DNA of 64,000 nucleotides from Phoronis australis (lineage: Eukaryota > Animalia > Phoronida): the NCBI GenBank assembly GCA_002633005.1, contig NMRA01000221.1:530680-594679 (forward strand), in the 5' to 3' direction. The notes below the pieces were generated by a model that did not search any database, was not told the origin of the DNA, and was given only the letters and a program-made list of their open reading frames with translations. This document shows, in pieces, positions 1 to 12,518 of the stretch. Positions within the stretch are counted from its first letter, which is position 1; the number at the start of each line of letters is the position of its first letter. A program made the position numbers and the translations under genes.

Positions 1-1770
1 ATCATACAATGTTTGGGAAGGTCAATAAATTTAGTTTATTCTTAATTTATTCTAAAACTTGATACATTTTCCATGACTAAAAACTTATGTACTTTTAAGA
101 GTGCCCGTGGCATGTTATGAACAAGATTAGACAAAGTTTAAACTCTTATGTTTTTCCACGTTTTTTGACTTGATTTTTCAGGGTCCTCATAAACGCGCGT
201 TTTTAGAATAACTCGGAGATTTTCATTAGGTTAGACGAATTAAAAGGTCGCAGTTTAGAGGCTACTGTACATGCTTGGACACATTGGTTCGGAACCACTC
301 TTGCGTTCGCTTTAAGGCCGGAGTTCGGCACAATTTTAATTTATAATTGATATGTTTTCAAATTTAGGTGTTTTAGATTGTCGTCTATACTATCTGCTTA
401 ACTGTAACACAAAGCGAGGGTCACCACATTAGTTTTTCCGTTATAGTCCCTAAACAGAGGCACCAGTCGGAAAAACCTGAGGGCATCTGCCAAAGATATT
501 GAATTTACATGGATAAATGAAAAATCACTTCTAATTAAGACAGAAATTCTTTCAAAAAAACGTATCCATTTCGACGCAATATGTCAGTTTTATGTTTTAG
601 AAACCTTAGGTATTTTTCTCGCATTACTGATTTTTTTATGTCGGGGGATTTTGAGTAGTTTTCCTCGAATTTGAGCGTTTTGGCTTATACACAATAAATT
701 ACACCACTGAATTTTTTTCTTCGTTGCTATATTTTGATTCATCTCATGTTTGCTGTGAAATAAGAAACAAATAGTGTCACCAACTAAGTTTTTGATTATT
801 TTAGCTCAAACGGTGTGACACGTGACTGTGAGATTGTGTGCAGTTGGTGGGATTTTGACATAAACTAAGACAAGTTTACTACAGTGTTGTTGCCTCATTC
901 TTGTGTTTAGCATTCGTTGTAAAATTTGATGTCGCTTGCTATAATAACAAAATGTCAACTCAAAATCCACATTTCAACTCAAGAAATATTTTATTTTAAA
1001 TGAAAAATAGTATTAAAATATTTCATATACTTTGCAGTTTGGTGAAATGTGCTTAACGTCTTCAACTGGTGTTAGGCACTAGTAGCCTTGCTACAAAGCT
1101 GTGTACTAAATATACAGCTAGCTGTGTTTTGACGATAGTCTTCATACAACTATCTGGCTTGCTAAGACACTAGATGCATTTAGACTTTGCTATTGCCGTT
1201 CGGGCGTCATATAACATAGATTTGTCTTTTGTCAAAATACACCGAAGCGTCGATTTCAGAAAGTGAGATACAAAAATTAGTGGCCAAAACGACATGATGA
1301 TAAATAGGTCTGCCATATTAGAAAAATGTCATTTGCGAAAGAGTACAAATAGTGTATAGACGTTTAAAAGTCTCCACCTGTCCAGCAAAAAACAATATTG
1401 AATGCCATACAGCGTAACATAACACGTGCTAATAATCAGGTATCTATGCTATCAGTTTTATCGAACCAACATTTGAGCCCGAGTGTATCGAAAACTAGTT
1501 ATCATATTATGCTTATTCAATATTTCTGCACTATAATCGAGAAAAAGTTATGATTCGTTCGCACAAGCGCTAAACTGCTCTCGATCCCTTGGAAATCTAA
1601 ATCTGGATTGTCACATAAAATGGCGATATAAAAGCTACCCACTCTTCACACGGTTTTCGCCAACGTGCCTAACTGTGTACAGAGAAAGACGCTAGTTGTG
1701 CACCATGACGCACCTGGTTTAACTACAATGTGACACTATGGTGTTGTTGTCCGTGTGGAGAGCCAAAAGA

Positions 1771-2361
1771 TTATGGTACATTATACATTATGGCACATCA
1801 TACGTTGTGGCACAGTACATGTTATGGAACATTATACATTATGGCACATTATATATTATGGCACATCATACTTTATGGTACATTATACATTATGAGACAT
1901 TATACGTTGTGGCACAGTACATGTTATGGAACATTATACATTATGGCACATTATATATTATGGCACATCATACTTTATGGTACATTATACATTATGGCAC
2001 AACATGCATTATGGAGCATTATACATTATGGCGCATTATATATTATGGCACATCATACGTTATGGTACATTATAAATTATGGCACATCATCACGTTATGA
2101 CACATTATATATCGTGGCACATCATACTTTATGGTACATTATACATTATGGCACATCATGCGTTATGGCGCATTATACATTATGGCACATTATACATTAT
2201 GGCACATCATACGTTATGTTACATTATACATTATGGTACATCATACGTTATGACACATTATATATTATGGCACATCATACATTATGGGGAATCATACGTT
2301 GTGGCACATCATATGTTAGGGCACATTATACATTATGGTGCATTATAAAATATGGCACATT
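1771..2361. repeat. 17-bp minisatellite (consensus TATGGCACATTATACAT), about 35 copies
   Basis: Direct reading of successive 17-nt units (tatggtacattatacat / tatggcacatcatacgt / tgtggcacagtacatgt ...). Explains the repetitive ORFs 1730..2377, 1738..2100 and 2079..2348. Confidence 0.95.
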
Positions 2362-3720
2362 AGCTCGTTTAGACTGAGTACACAGTCTTTGCTCTTACGT
2401 TTTTTGTTTTCCTGTTTCTGTTCAAATGTGCTGAAGAAAGCCTGTGTCCTTGATGATACAATAAAGGTTACTGTTCATTTCGAACCATTTCTCTTACTAT
2501 TGTTGTAATACAAACATAATGATAATGACAATAGCAAAACTTGCAGAAGTGTATGGATTTATCATGCGTATATGATCGTATTTGACCATGTGCCGATATC
2601 CGAAATACGCCTGCGCTTAAACATTCTTTCATCGGCGCAGGTGGCTATCTCTAACATATTTGCTTAAAACTGGTTCTTTCCAATATCGTCATGCCGACGC
2701 CGTGTCTGCAGATGGGGGTGGGGTTGGGGTGACCCCCTCAAGTCTGCCTATGTGTTTTCAGCCTGAATCCGGATTTCATCAAGACGTCGAAACACAAATG
2801 GTATAGACTACACCGAGGCACCTACTCAGAAGCATTGCGTTGACAGTAGATGTCCAATAATTGAATAACAGTTTGGCCTCTTGGATGCATAATAATTAAT
2901 TAATTTTCGGTCAAGGTGAACATATCGTATGAACTTGTCCACATATTTTTTATTACCACATTATCTCGCTGTCAGTACGTGACTGGAAGTACACTAACAT
3001 GAACATAGAACTTCAACAACTCAAACCGTGATACGTAGATTAATAGGCCCGTGGCATTGGCGAGAGCAGGGCGAAATTACTGTGGGCAATACTGTGGGCA
3101 GTGTGAAATGGTCTAAACAGGGTTTAGTAAAAGGTAGCCGTTTTAGCATTAATATTTGTAATTATCTCAAATTCCAGTTCGTTCGTTGAAACTCAATTAA
3201 CAGAATTAACAGAATTAAAACAACATTGTTGAAAAATAATTCGTGTTGCCAAGAAATCTCTAGAAACCATAACAACAGGACAAAAGGCATTCGGGTGGGG
3301 AGGGGGGGGGGCAAGGCTTGTTCATCACGATTGTGTCAAGACAAATTGCATCGATTCTAAATTATTTGATATAGCAACCGTATCCATGTCAAAACACCAT
3401 GTTTTTTGGATTTCATGGCACAATACTTACGGTCTGGCCAGTGTGTTGAAAAATTAAGCAAAGATTTTTAATTAAGAAAAAATGTTTTCTCGGCAGTTGA
3501 TTCATTTCAAATGTCACTGAATTGTCCTAAAATCGATAACATTACATGTCAACCTTAATCGCACGTATTTCCTTCGCAGCTTTTACGCTGTGAAGCAAAT
3601 AAAAAATAATATGCCTCTGTTTTCAATTATAGTTCGTGCCTACAGCTACTTATTCAAAGTAGCAATATAGTAGAACTATGAGATTCACTGTACATAAAGC
3701 ACAAACATTATAATTACTAT

Positions 3721-5196
3721 TTATAATTGTTGTGGAATAACGGAGACATCGATGTTATTTTCTGTTTCCGTCGGAATAGTGAGGACGTGTCCAAGAGTCG
3801 TTCTCCTGTAGTTAGCTAATAATGTCATCGCACGGGATGAGTAGCTGATTCGCGTACTTCCGCCGAAGGTAGGGTTTTCGGTGTTGGAGGTTACATGGTG
3901 CTCGGAAGTCTCGCGAGAATTACGGTGTGACATATAATTCTGTGGTATTTAAGCGAAACTAAATACAAATCAAGACATTTCTGTTCTTCGTCTTATCGAT
4001 CGCGCCTCACTCTTAATGTCAACTTTGAAAAAAGATGATTTTGCTTGATAGTTGATTGAGTCTACTCAGCCACCGTGGTAAGTACTCACAGTAGGCAGCA
4101 TGTAGATTGAATCCGAATTGGTATTTATCACAAGAACACGACTTTGCACTTAGCCGTATGAACTGACAAATGATTAGCGACGGGGGAATTTATTTAGGTG
4201 TGTCGCATGTTTTTACTCGAGGATACACCTTGGATGCACGTGCTTCGTTACCAAAAGTGTCAAAGTTTTCAGATATTTTTGTGTCATTTTCTGATGCACT
4301 CAACATCTTTAGAATTTGTGAGAGTAAGAAGGTGAACGAAAATCTTTAAGATGATCTTCGAATCGAATCTCGGGTAAAGTTTGGTGGTCACGTGACTTGG
4401 TGTTCGTATCCCACCTTACCTGTCCACTAGCTTTGGCGTAACTAAATGCGTTAATATTATATACTTCCAGATTTTGTTTCAAACCCAAATCTGCCCTAAA
4501 GCACAATAAAAATCCATACAAAACCAGCATATTGGTTGCCATCAAGACAAAATAAATAGTTCATTTAAAATCGCTTTGTAGCTCGTCAAGAATTTTTGAA
4601 AAGTAAAGACTCCATGTATTTGAACATTTGTGATACAATATCGTTGAGTCTAAGAAAAGGCAGGGTTGACACGTGGAAGTGAACTTTTCTTGTTAATGTT
4701 CCTATAAAGAATAATCCGTAATGAAACTAAACTCCTCCTCGTGGCTTGTCCACTGCTAAGCTGACTTCGTAAAGCTTGACAACGCGCACAATTCCCTAAC
4801 TCTTTCTGTTTCAAACTCCAAGCAGTACCACGGCCCGCTATATGCAAATCATGTGACTACCCCGGCCTTGAAATCATGCATGTAGGCAAAGAATTTGGCC
4901 AATACTAGAATGTGGCCAACACACAAATGAGATGGACAAGTGCACTGTAGAATGACCACTTGCAGAAACAACTGGATCGCTTGAGCCCAACGTATTGGAA
5001 TGATGGCACATGAAAGTTTTGCTTGTCAGATGGTGCATTCGTTGAAAGTGACACCGAAGACGAAAATTATCTTTTAAGTTTTGTTGGCTTTAACTTTGTC
5101 TATGTACCGGTATCCTTACTAACTACATGACGGGATAGTATCTTCAGACGCTGTATTTTGTATCATTATCCTTGTCACGTCATATTGAATGGCCAT
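3721..5196 (-). CDS. Putative small multi-exon gene or 3' part of a decayed gene, unknown product
   Basis: Minus-strand exons 5206-5120 (ttttcag/..ta|gtaagg), 4837-4766 (atatag/..aa|gtcagc), 4495-4420 (ctttag/..cag|gtaagg), 4162-4090 (ttgtcag/..act|gtgagt) and a terminal exon from 3939 (ccacag/) join in frame: MAIQYDVTRIMIQNTASEDTIPSCSYGPWYCLEFETERVRELCALSSFTKADLGLKQNLEVYNINAFSYAKASGQFIRLSAKSCSCDKYQFGFNLHAAY. No family recognised; true 5' end unresolved. Confidence 0.4.
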
Positions 5197-5965
5197 TTTC
5201 TTATCTCTGAAAACGGAGTTTCGCTGACGTACCATCAACGATAGAACTCTAGCCGTGGAATTCCAACTCCGATCTCGCGTTCACTGAGGTCGCGCTGCAC
5301 ATGCGTGAGAGTTATTTGCATTCATTTGTTCCGGTGTGTGTATTTGCAATGGAGTTTATTTTCATCAAAACTTTTCGCAACTTCGACGTTTTTCAACCGA
5401 ATTGCGTTAGAACCATATCATTAAAAAAGCCTTTTGTCAATTCTTGATGATTATACCAGAAGCAAAAGATAAATGATTTAATTCCTAAGTAATTATCATT
5501 TTGTGTACCCGACTGGCTTAACAATATTCTTTAATTCACGCGTCTCTGTTACAGCTCTACGCCTATTGTTTTACGCGAAGTCGTATAAAAGGTGGCACTG
5601 TCAAAGCATTAAATTAATTAATCTCGTCAAGGAGTATCAGTGAGTGTGGCATCCGTTTCTGGCAACAACCTATCGTTCTCGAATTATTTGAAATTGTCCA
5701 ATGACTGTTCTTTTATTGATTGACTTTTCATACCATTCCTCCGGCATCCTTCAATTCACGAATCTGTCTGAAATTTCGTTTCGGAATAGATCTCGCCAAG
5801 TGCTACAAAATGTTACAGAAATGTTTAGCTCCGATTATTATAACCGATCTCGAGTTATGTAAGATTTATTAAAGTCCGACACTTGTACGTTTCTCAGGCT
5901 TCACCGTGTTTGATTGTGCACACGTTATAAATAGCATTTTCGTTCCATCGACATAAAATTCATAC

Positions 5966-6900
5966 CTGCCATGCTCCTCTCAAGGGAAATCGGAACAAAA
6001 GTGGCAAGGTGACGGCCTTTTTACATTTGCTTTGCAGAAATAGGATAATTCTTCTTAAATTTTGTAAGTAGATAGATCTTCTAAAGGACCGGCGAGTTTC
6101 ATCAGTTGCTAGCTTTGACTTTCTGGTCTCGAGATGTTCGAGACTTACTGATGACTGAAATTCGACAATGGTATGTTGCTCACGCTCCTCAGTGTGCAGT
6201 AATGCGTCTCAGAGTTTAAGATCAACATGGAGACTATACCCGTCCTTTTATTCACATGACTGATCGATACGAAATTTACACTGGATTTTTCCTAGTGCTT
6301 TCCATCGTTGTGGTTATCACCAGTAGCGGACGTCGGGGGAGTTGTGGTTTTCAAAGCCTGACGTCACTTCCTGCATTGGTGTCTTAGGGTTCCACTTGAC
6401 GCCATTGGTATTTTGGTTATCGAATGCTGCAAGGATGGTGGCAGTGTCGTTTTGGGCATTAGATGACATCTTTGGCGTCACTGTGAACGCCGTCATGGAC
6501 AGAGTTGGCTACGGTATTAATGCCAGCGCGTTCTGCACTGACATTTTTATCGACTGGCTCATGCGGTGTAAGCGTTGCTGCTGTTGTCGTAAGTGATATC
6601 AGTCGTCATGTATGGTGAAGACAGCGTCGTTGTTTCTGGCAGCGACACCCCTTGGCAGTGTTGTGTCGTCATTGCTAACGAGTTGGCGTCAGTTCCCTTG
6701 AGTTGCTGACGGCATTGTAAGTGTTGTTGTTAGTGCTATTGTCATCTACTGCGTTTTGGTCTTCTTTTGTATCATGGCCGTCTACATTGTGGCCATGGGT
6801 TTTCCTGCGTTCGTTGTCGTCGTCATTTCTGCGTTTTTCACTCGATTTCGCCAAGTGTCGCTCCTCTGAGCGCCTTTTTAATCGTTTACTAGTGTCTCAG
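5966..6900 (-). pseudogene. Decayed coding-like exons (D/N/T-rich) upstream of the 3721-5196 chain
   Basis: Minus strand 6900-6149 reads as low-complexity protein (RRNDDDNERRKTHGHNVDGHDTKEDQNAVDDNSTNNN...) broken by stops and frameshifts, ends at a ca|gtaagt donor (6148) and joins in phase to an open exon 6080-5966 ending cag|gtatga. Confidence 0.3.
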
Positions 6901-6989
6901 TGGTTCATGAAGCGTACACGAAATAGGAAATAAATGATGTTCCATCCACATATATTCACTTGCTTTGCTGTTTTGTACTCTCAAGCTTG

Positions 6990-7785
6990 AAATTTCTTAG
7001 CCAGTAATACATCACCATGGAGATCTCACGATTCGCGAACATTTTCTTTCCTAGTTTGAGCAATAATCTATAAAACTTGTTTCGAACAGTTTCTAAGTCT
7101 TTCCTATGAAATCCCGGCATAGGATTGGGACAACGTTTTGTCAAATTAAGACAGACATATTTTTAGTTGCCTCTTGAAACTTGTACATACTATACTGTCT
7201 CTTCGGACGTTTCAATAACATCATATCTTTGTCCTCTTGTTCAAGGACCTTTAGAAGTAAAATTCAACCACAAACATTTGTATTCTGAAGTTCTATCAAA
7301 CGGACACCATTTAGATACCCTTTTCATATCCCCCAAGGTAACCACCATTTCTGAACACCAAAATTTTTTTAGCATTGACATTGAGCTTCCATCTTTGCAA
7401 CCTAATTGGTTAATTTTTCATTGCATACTTATTGAAGTCACAGCAAATACTTGCTAAGCATCAGCGCATAACAATCAGCAACACTTCTATACTAACACCA
7501 AGTCCAGTGTAAATTCCTGGTTTTAAAACGTTGCCTTAGTCCTTATAAACACGAAGAATAGGAAAGATGAGAACTGAAAACCGTGTCTCACCCCAACTGC
7601 ACATTTAAAGCAGACCATCGTGACACCTGGCGCGATTGATTTGAATACATGATTTGATGCTGTTATACATACCTTCCAAAATTTTGTACACATTCCCCGT
7701 TATGTTATGGCTTAATAGTTTGTACGTCAAATCATTTAACCAAACAGTATCAAAGGCATTCGTGAAATCTCTAAATAAGTAATAC
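6990..7785 (-). mobile_element. Decayed non-LTR retrotransposon (LINE) reverse transcriptase fragment, RTEX-like
   Basis: Minus-strand translation with stops/frameshifts gives RT motifs in order: FRDFTNAFDTV (~7770-7743), FKCAVGVRHG..SSFLFFVFI (~7607-7545), LLCADA (degenerate YADD), LVFRNGG, EYKCLWLNFTSKG, then LETVRNKFYRLLL..YYWLR, typical of the region after RT in RTEX-type LINEs. Confidence 0.8.
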
Positions 7786-9189
7786 GACCCGGCCCAAAGT
7801 AATGGCTAGTTTTCAACTTTACCTGTATTTCAACTGCATACGTGAAAAGGACAACAATTGGTGATTTATCGAGTTTAGAGTTCATCGAGATCCGCAACTT
7901 GATTCAAACCTGGTAAATGCCAAGTTATGCCCAATGCATGCACTCACCGGCGGACAGTCGAAAGAGTTCCACGCTTAGTCTTCTAGAAGCATACATACTG
8001 CAAATTATACATGTCTAAATCTTTAAAGCCGTTATTAATCAGTTGCACCGACCTGAGGCTCAGCAATGTTCATTGCCAATGCAGAGGTCGAAGGCTACCG
8101 GAACTACCCACGCTTCTAGCTTCGAAAATAAAAGTCCCCACGTGCCTGTGGTGAGGCCTACTTTTGACAAGGTTAGTCAACGGTATCTGAAATTCTGACT
8201 AATATATTCATATTCGCTTGTGATGGTGTGATTCGATCTGTAAACATAGACAAGTTTTAGGACTAATCGTTGATAATTTTCTTAGAATTTTTGCTGTATT
8301 CATCGATTGTTTGTCATAGATAAGACAAAGGTCTACAAATGGGCACACGGTTTAAAATTTGTGTTTTAGATAATCCAAGGGAAATTCTCTTAATTTTTCT
8401 GCATATTTTCAAGGTCATAGACTTCCGTCAACTTGGTTACGTTTCCCCTGAGTAAGCTTATGTCATTGCTTTTCAAATGAGACCAAATTGGGAATTTATA
8501 AAAATAAATTACAAACTGACGTGCGACGCCTTTTAAAATTTTCTCCAATCTTGTCCAAAATGCAAAAATCAAAATAGAAATCGAAGTGTAACACCTTGTC
8601 ATTATACTACCCGGTAACCGGATGTTACAGGCAACGCGCGAGAACATGATGGATTCAGAAAACAAACACAAGAATGACCTGGGACCTCACGTTGCACTGA
8701 GGAATCTCGATAGAATTTATTTCGGAATAGCTTTATGCACGTTAGGAAGATCGTGTAGTCACCCAAGGCAAACTAATTTATCACGTTTCTGTTAATTTAA
8801 TATGATAAATTGTATTCTGTTTCAATTTTGCAATTTGCGTTAAAGCATTAGACACAATTTTGATTAAAAGTAATCAGGTTTGAAGGTGCATTACTAGTGT
8901 CATAATATGTTTCACAGCAGCTGCCTGACCACATCAGTAGCTAAAGAATCTCTGATCTGTACAAGTGACATTAATATTTGATGTAAAGTAATTGTTGTCA
9001 TGTTCTGATAACCGGACTCAACTGATGTGAGTGGTTCATTTTCTTAAACAGCCCTCCTACAGTAGTCAAAACAAAGTATTCTCAGGAGGAGACCTCTTTA
9101 TTAGTAGGATTTAAACGGTTCACAGGTTTCCGATTTCACCCGTTTATTGCTCTAAAACACTATGTCTTCTTTGGAATGAGATTTGACTT

Positions 9190-9250
9190 CACCAGCAGAG
9201 CGTTTGACTGCAACCGCGACGCTTGCAAGTTCGATTCCGCATTGAGGCTG
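9190..9250 (+). mobile_element. tRNA-derived SINE-like head (decayed)
   Basis: agagcgtttgactgcaa (anticodon-arm-like, GCA) followed by B-box-like caagttcgattcc; acceptor stem not formed, so not a functional tRNA. Confidence 0.3.
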
Positions 9251-9618
9251 GAAATTAGTGCTCTCGTCGTTAATGTACCATTAAGCTGAGAAACCGTATA
9301 GATGCTCTTACCGTGTGAAGTCTACATTCCAATGATGTGTTTTATAGTTAGGCTCTGTCTGCCCATGGTGGCCGCATATGATTGCCCAATATGTTAGCAT
9401 TTTGGTCATTATATGGTTTATTTCATGTAAGAGGCCTCCGGCGCACATTACAAATACATAATACATGGAGTGTACAAGATTTTTCAAATCTATCATTACT
9501 TACTAGTATGGTACTCACTGGTAAGACAGCAGATAGGACACCTTTGCGAACGTTCGATTTAAGCTCTCCGATCATATGTCCTTTCTACTTCCTTATAAAC
9601 CCCCTCATCTGAACTCGG

Positions 9619-9817
9619 TATACACCTTATTCACACAGTCGCCATTTTAGTAGTGAGCCTCTTTTTAGGTTTAAAAAACAATGCATTCGAGACATAAATA
9701 TAATGAGGCACGCGAAAAAATCACGGTCTGCACTGTGATTAAGCCCAGAATGCGTTGTTTTTAAAACCTAAAAAGAGGCTCACCTTTAAAATGGCGACTG
9801 CGTGAACAAGGTGTATA
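9619..9817. mobile_element. Palindromic MITE (~200 bp), copy 1
   Basis: Long terminal inverted repeats tatacaccttattcacacagtcgccatttt...gagcctctttttaggttt / aaacctaaaaagaggctc...aaaatggcgactgcgtgaacaaggtgtata; a related copy lies inverted at ~27191-27385. Confidence 0.85.
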
Positions 9818-11250
9818 AGACTCGGTCTACTGACACTACTTCGCAGTTTATGTGAAGTTAAAACGTTACCAAAGACTGTAATATGTTCGCTAAAAAACAT
9901 CGCAAGGCTTCTCTCAACATGAACGTATCACCGCAATATCCGTTTGCGTCATTTCTCTTCTCATTGCGTTTTGCTCGACTTGAAAAAGCATACACTGAAA
10001 TCTGTATTGCAATCCTGTTAAAAGGATTACAGACAGTCCTATGCAAACATTGCATTCAACGTGAGCACACCTCACAACAAAACACGTGTTGGTTCGTAGG
10101 TCGGTAAAGGACCCAGTTGATTACGGCTCTAGGCCTATACATGAAGAAACGCGTTAATTTATTCATAGAAGCTCCCAACAAATGTGACCCATTTAATCGT
10201 GCCTTCTCTCTTAAAGAGGGCTGTTTCGTCTTACCGACGACGGGTATCACACTTTTGTGGTGCCATCTCAGGGCAGCAATGTAGTCGAGTACACTCGTAT
10301 GCAAAATCTAATCGCTATGCTAAAGGAATGCTATCACAGGCATGGACATAAGAACAATGATATGAATGTATATGATAGCATACTAGGGGGACGCTACCGT
10401 CGGGGCTGGCCGATTTTGTCCAATCAGATTGCTCCATGGCACACAAGAAAACCATACAGCTAAGCCAAAACCCAATTAGCTACAAAACGTTTGTTTTTGT
10501 AGTCTTGCACACGTATCAGGTTTAGACATTGGTAATTGAGGCAGTAGACAAATTTGCCTTCGTCACTGCCCATCGTCACAACTCGGTGTTACCCTTGTTC
10601 GTAGCAAATTTCAACAATTTCACATCCAGTCGTCACCATATTCCTCGCTCCCCCGGTGGTCCCACATTTCAAACTTTAGCGATGGACACGTGACCACTTT
10701 TGATCATGGCATCTTCGGCTTTCCACGGCTCTGTTATTTCTACATGTAACTCACATCCTCACGACCATGAAATGACGTGAGCTATGAGTTGTGCTCTCGC
10801 ACGCGACAAAAATGTTTACAGTGTCTGAAATTTTCTCGTCTTCATATACCCCCTCGTTTCTTTTCGGGCCTCTTTTTCAGCCCTAAACTTCAGAGTCGCC
10901 TGCCGCCACTGATCTTTCTTTAGTGTAAGTTTCCTTGTTATCGTGTTTCCTAGTTACTTTCGATCAATCCGGCAGACTTCAATCATGCATCTGACAATGA
11001 ATATTCAAAACCATTTGCATCTTTTTTTAATTTCACACAATTCCACTAGCGAAGTAATTTTAAGTTCCTGTTAAATATTGATTTTTACTTTGTGTCTGTT
11101 GAATATAATTAATAAACGTTGTCAATGTAATTAGGCTTGGTGATCAATATAACATATGAAAAGGAGGGTGTAATTACAAAGATAATGTTTCTCTCGTCTC
11201 TTGGCTGATAGACAGGTATTAATTGCACCGTCATGCCTTTCAAATTCAGC

Positions 11251-12402
11251 TCACTGTAAAAGCAGCTCGGTAGAAGTAACATTATAACGATATCTTGGGC
11301 TTGCCCTCAATACATGTGAATTTTCTGTAATTGCAAGTTTGGACAGATACGGTGGGGATAACACCTGTGGAAAATGGTTCTGGCCAATGAATTCCACACC
11401 AAAACGTTACGTTCATAGCTTGTCATGTCCATCTATTTAGCTTATCGTGTTTGTCATGAAGTGTGAGTGTTTGCATCATAAAATATTCAGCGCAACACGC
11501 AGATTAGCTGTGATGCAATCTTACGTACTTCCTTCACTAATTCAGGACACGATATTATCACCGATTAGTTTAGACTTTTGTTCATGAAAATAGCGAAAAT
11601 GTGATAACACAAAGGCGTTGATTCGTTAGGCCACTATACACGTCATCAGCTTAATGTGCACGGGTGGGTGAAAAGTGCACTTGCCCTGCCCCTCGTTCTG
11701 ACATCCTAGATGCACCAGTTTACTGTCGGATCTTGAATTCCCCTTGTCCCCCAGCTTAGCCCAATCACCTCTGAATCGATTTCAGAGATTCTATAGAAAC
11801 TGAAGCAAAATTTTGCATATTTTTTACAGTTATTCGGTTTCACTGACGTCAATATGTCGGTTTTCAGTTTTAAAAAGTGTGAAAAAGATCGATTCTGAGC
11901 TGAGGTCATTACCACGGTTTGAAGCCTAGAAATCAACATACTGACCGAGAGTGAAAGTCATATGCCAGTACATCGGCTAAGAAATTCGTGGAATGAGACT
12001 CTATGTTTGAGCTTTCGATCAGTCACCCGCCTGTTCTTACTCAAAGCGTTGTGGAGAGATTTTGAAAATATCCAGAAGTCCGGAATCTTGTGAACCTTGC
12101 CACCAAACTTTATTCGAGACTCGACTGGAAAGTCGACGCATCTCATGTTGGAAGAGTTTTCTCAGTTTTAGGCCATGTGATTGGTCAATTTTTGACATGG
12201 CTCTCAAAAAAGGTTTTGGTGGTAGCGGGTCCGGATCCCTCCGCCACATATTCGATGGTGAAGACGGAATTGTTCTAAAAACTTCTAGAGTCCCACACTC
12301 CACAAACCCGTCGACCCACGACCCCCGCGACCTACAACCCCCACGACCTGCGGCAATAGATGTATCTGTGCGCTTTCTTACGTCGCTGGGTGACTTTTCC
12401 AT
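11251..12402 (-). CDS. Putative 3-exon gene of unknown function (129 aa from ATG 12249, or 180 aa from ATG 12402)
   Basis: Exons 12402(or 12249)-12041 (ga|gtaaga), 11790-11724 (tttctatag/..aca|gtaaac), 11364-11251 (ttttccacag/..TGA) join in phases 2 and 0: MWRRDPDPLPPKPFLRAMSKIDQSHGLKLRKLFQHEMRRLSSRVSNKVWWQGSQDSGLLDIFKISPQRFEISEIDSEVIGLSWGTRGIQDPTVLSPPYLSKLAITENSHVLRASPRYRYNVTSTELLLQ. X-box-like motif about 100 bp upstream. Confidence 0.45.
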
Positions 12403-12504
12403 AACATTTAACTTCACGAATCTCCTCAGGCTCAAGACTGGTGGTTAAAAACAGAATGTGGTATAAGAACATGATCTGAAATGGCATATCGTGAGCGCGC
12501 TATC

Positions 12505-12518
12505 GTTGTTACGGAAAC
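12505..12518. promoter_or_regulatory. RFX X-box-like motif GTTGTTACGGAAAC
   Basis: Fits GTHNYY-AT-RRNAAC with one central mismatch and lies just upstream of the putative minus-strand gene at 11251-12402. Confidence 0.4.

Noticed and set aside
1730-2377. 215-aa His/Tyr-rich ORF as a protein-coding gene
   Set aside because: Entirely a translation of the 17-bp minisatellite, starts at GTG, and overlapping frames give the same repeats.
7823-7982. Two exon-like segments with strong donors
   Set aside because: The intervening intron would be only ~38 nt and the larger segment has stops in all frames, so not called as CDS.
12062-12448. 128-aa + strand ORF
   Set aside because: Antisense shadow of the minus-strand exon, which has the donor site and downstream in-phase exons; starts at TTG.
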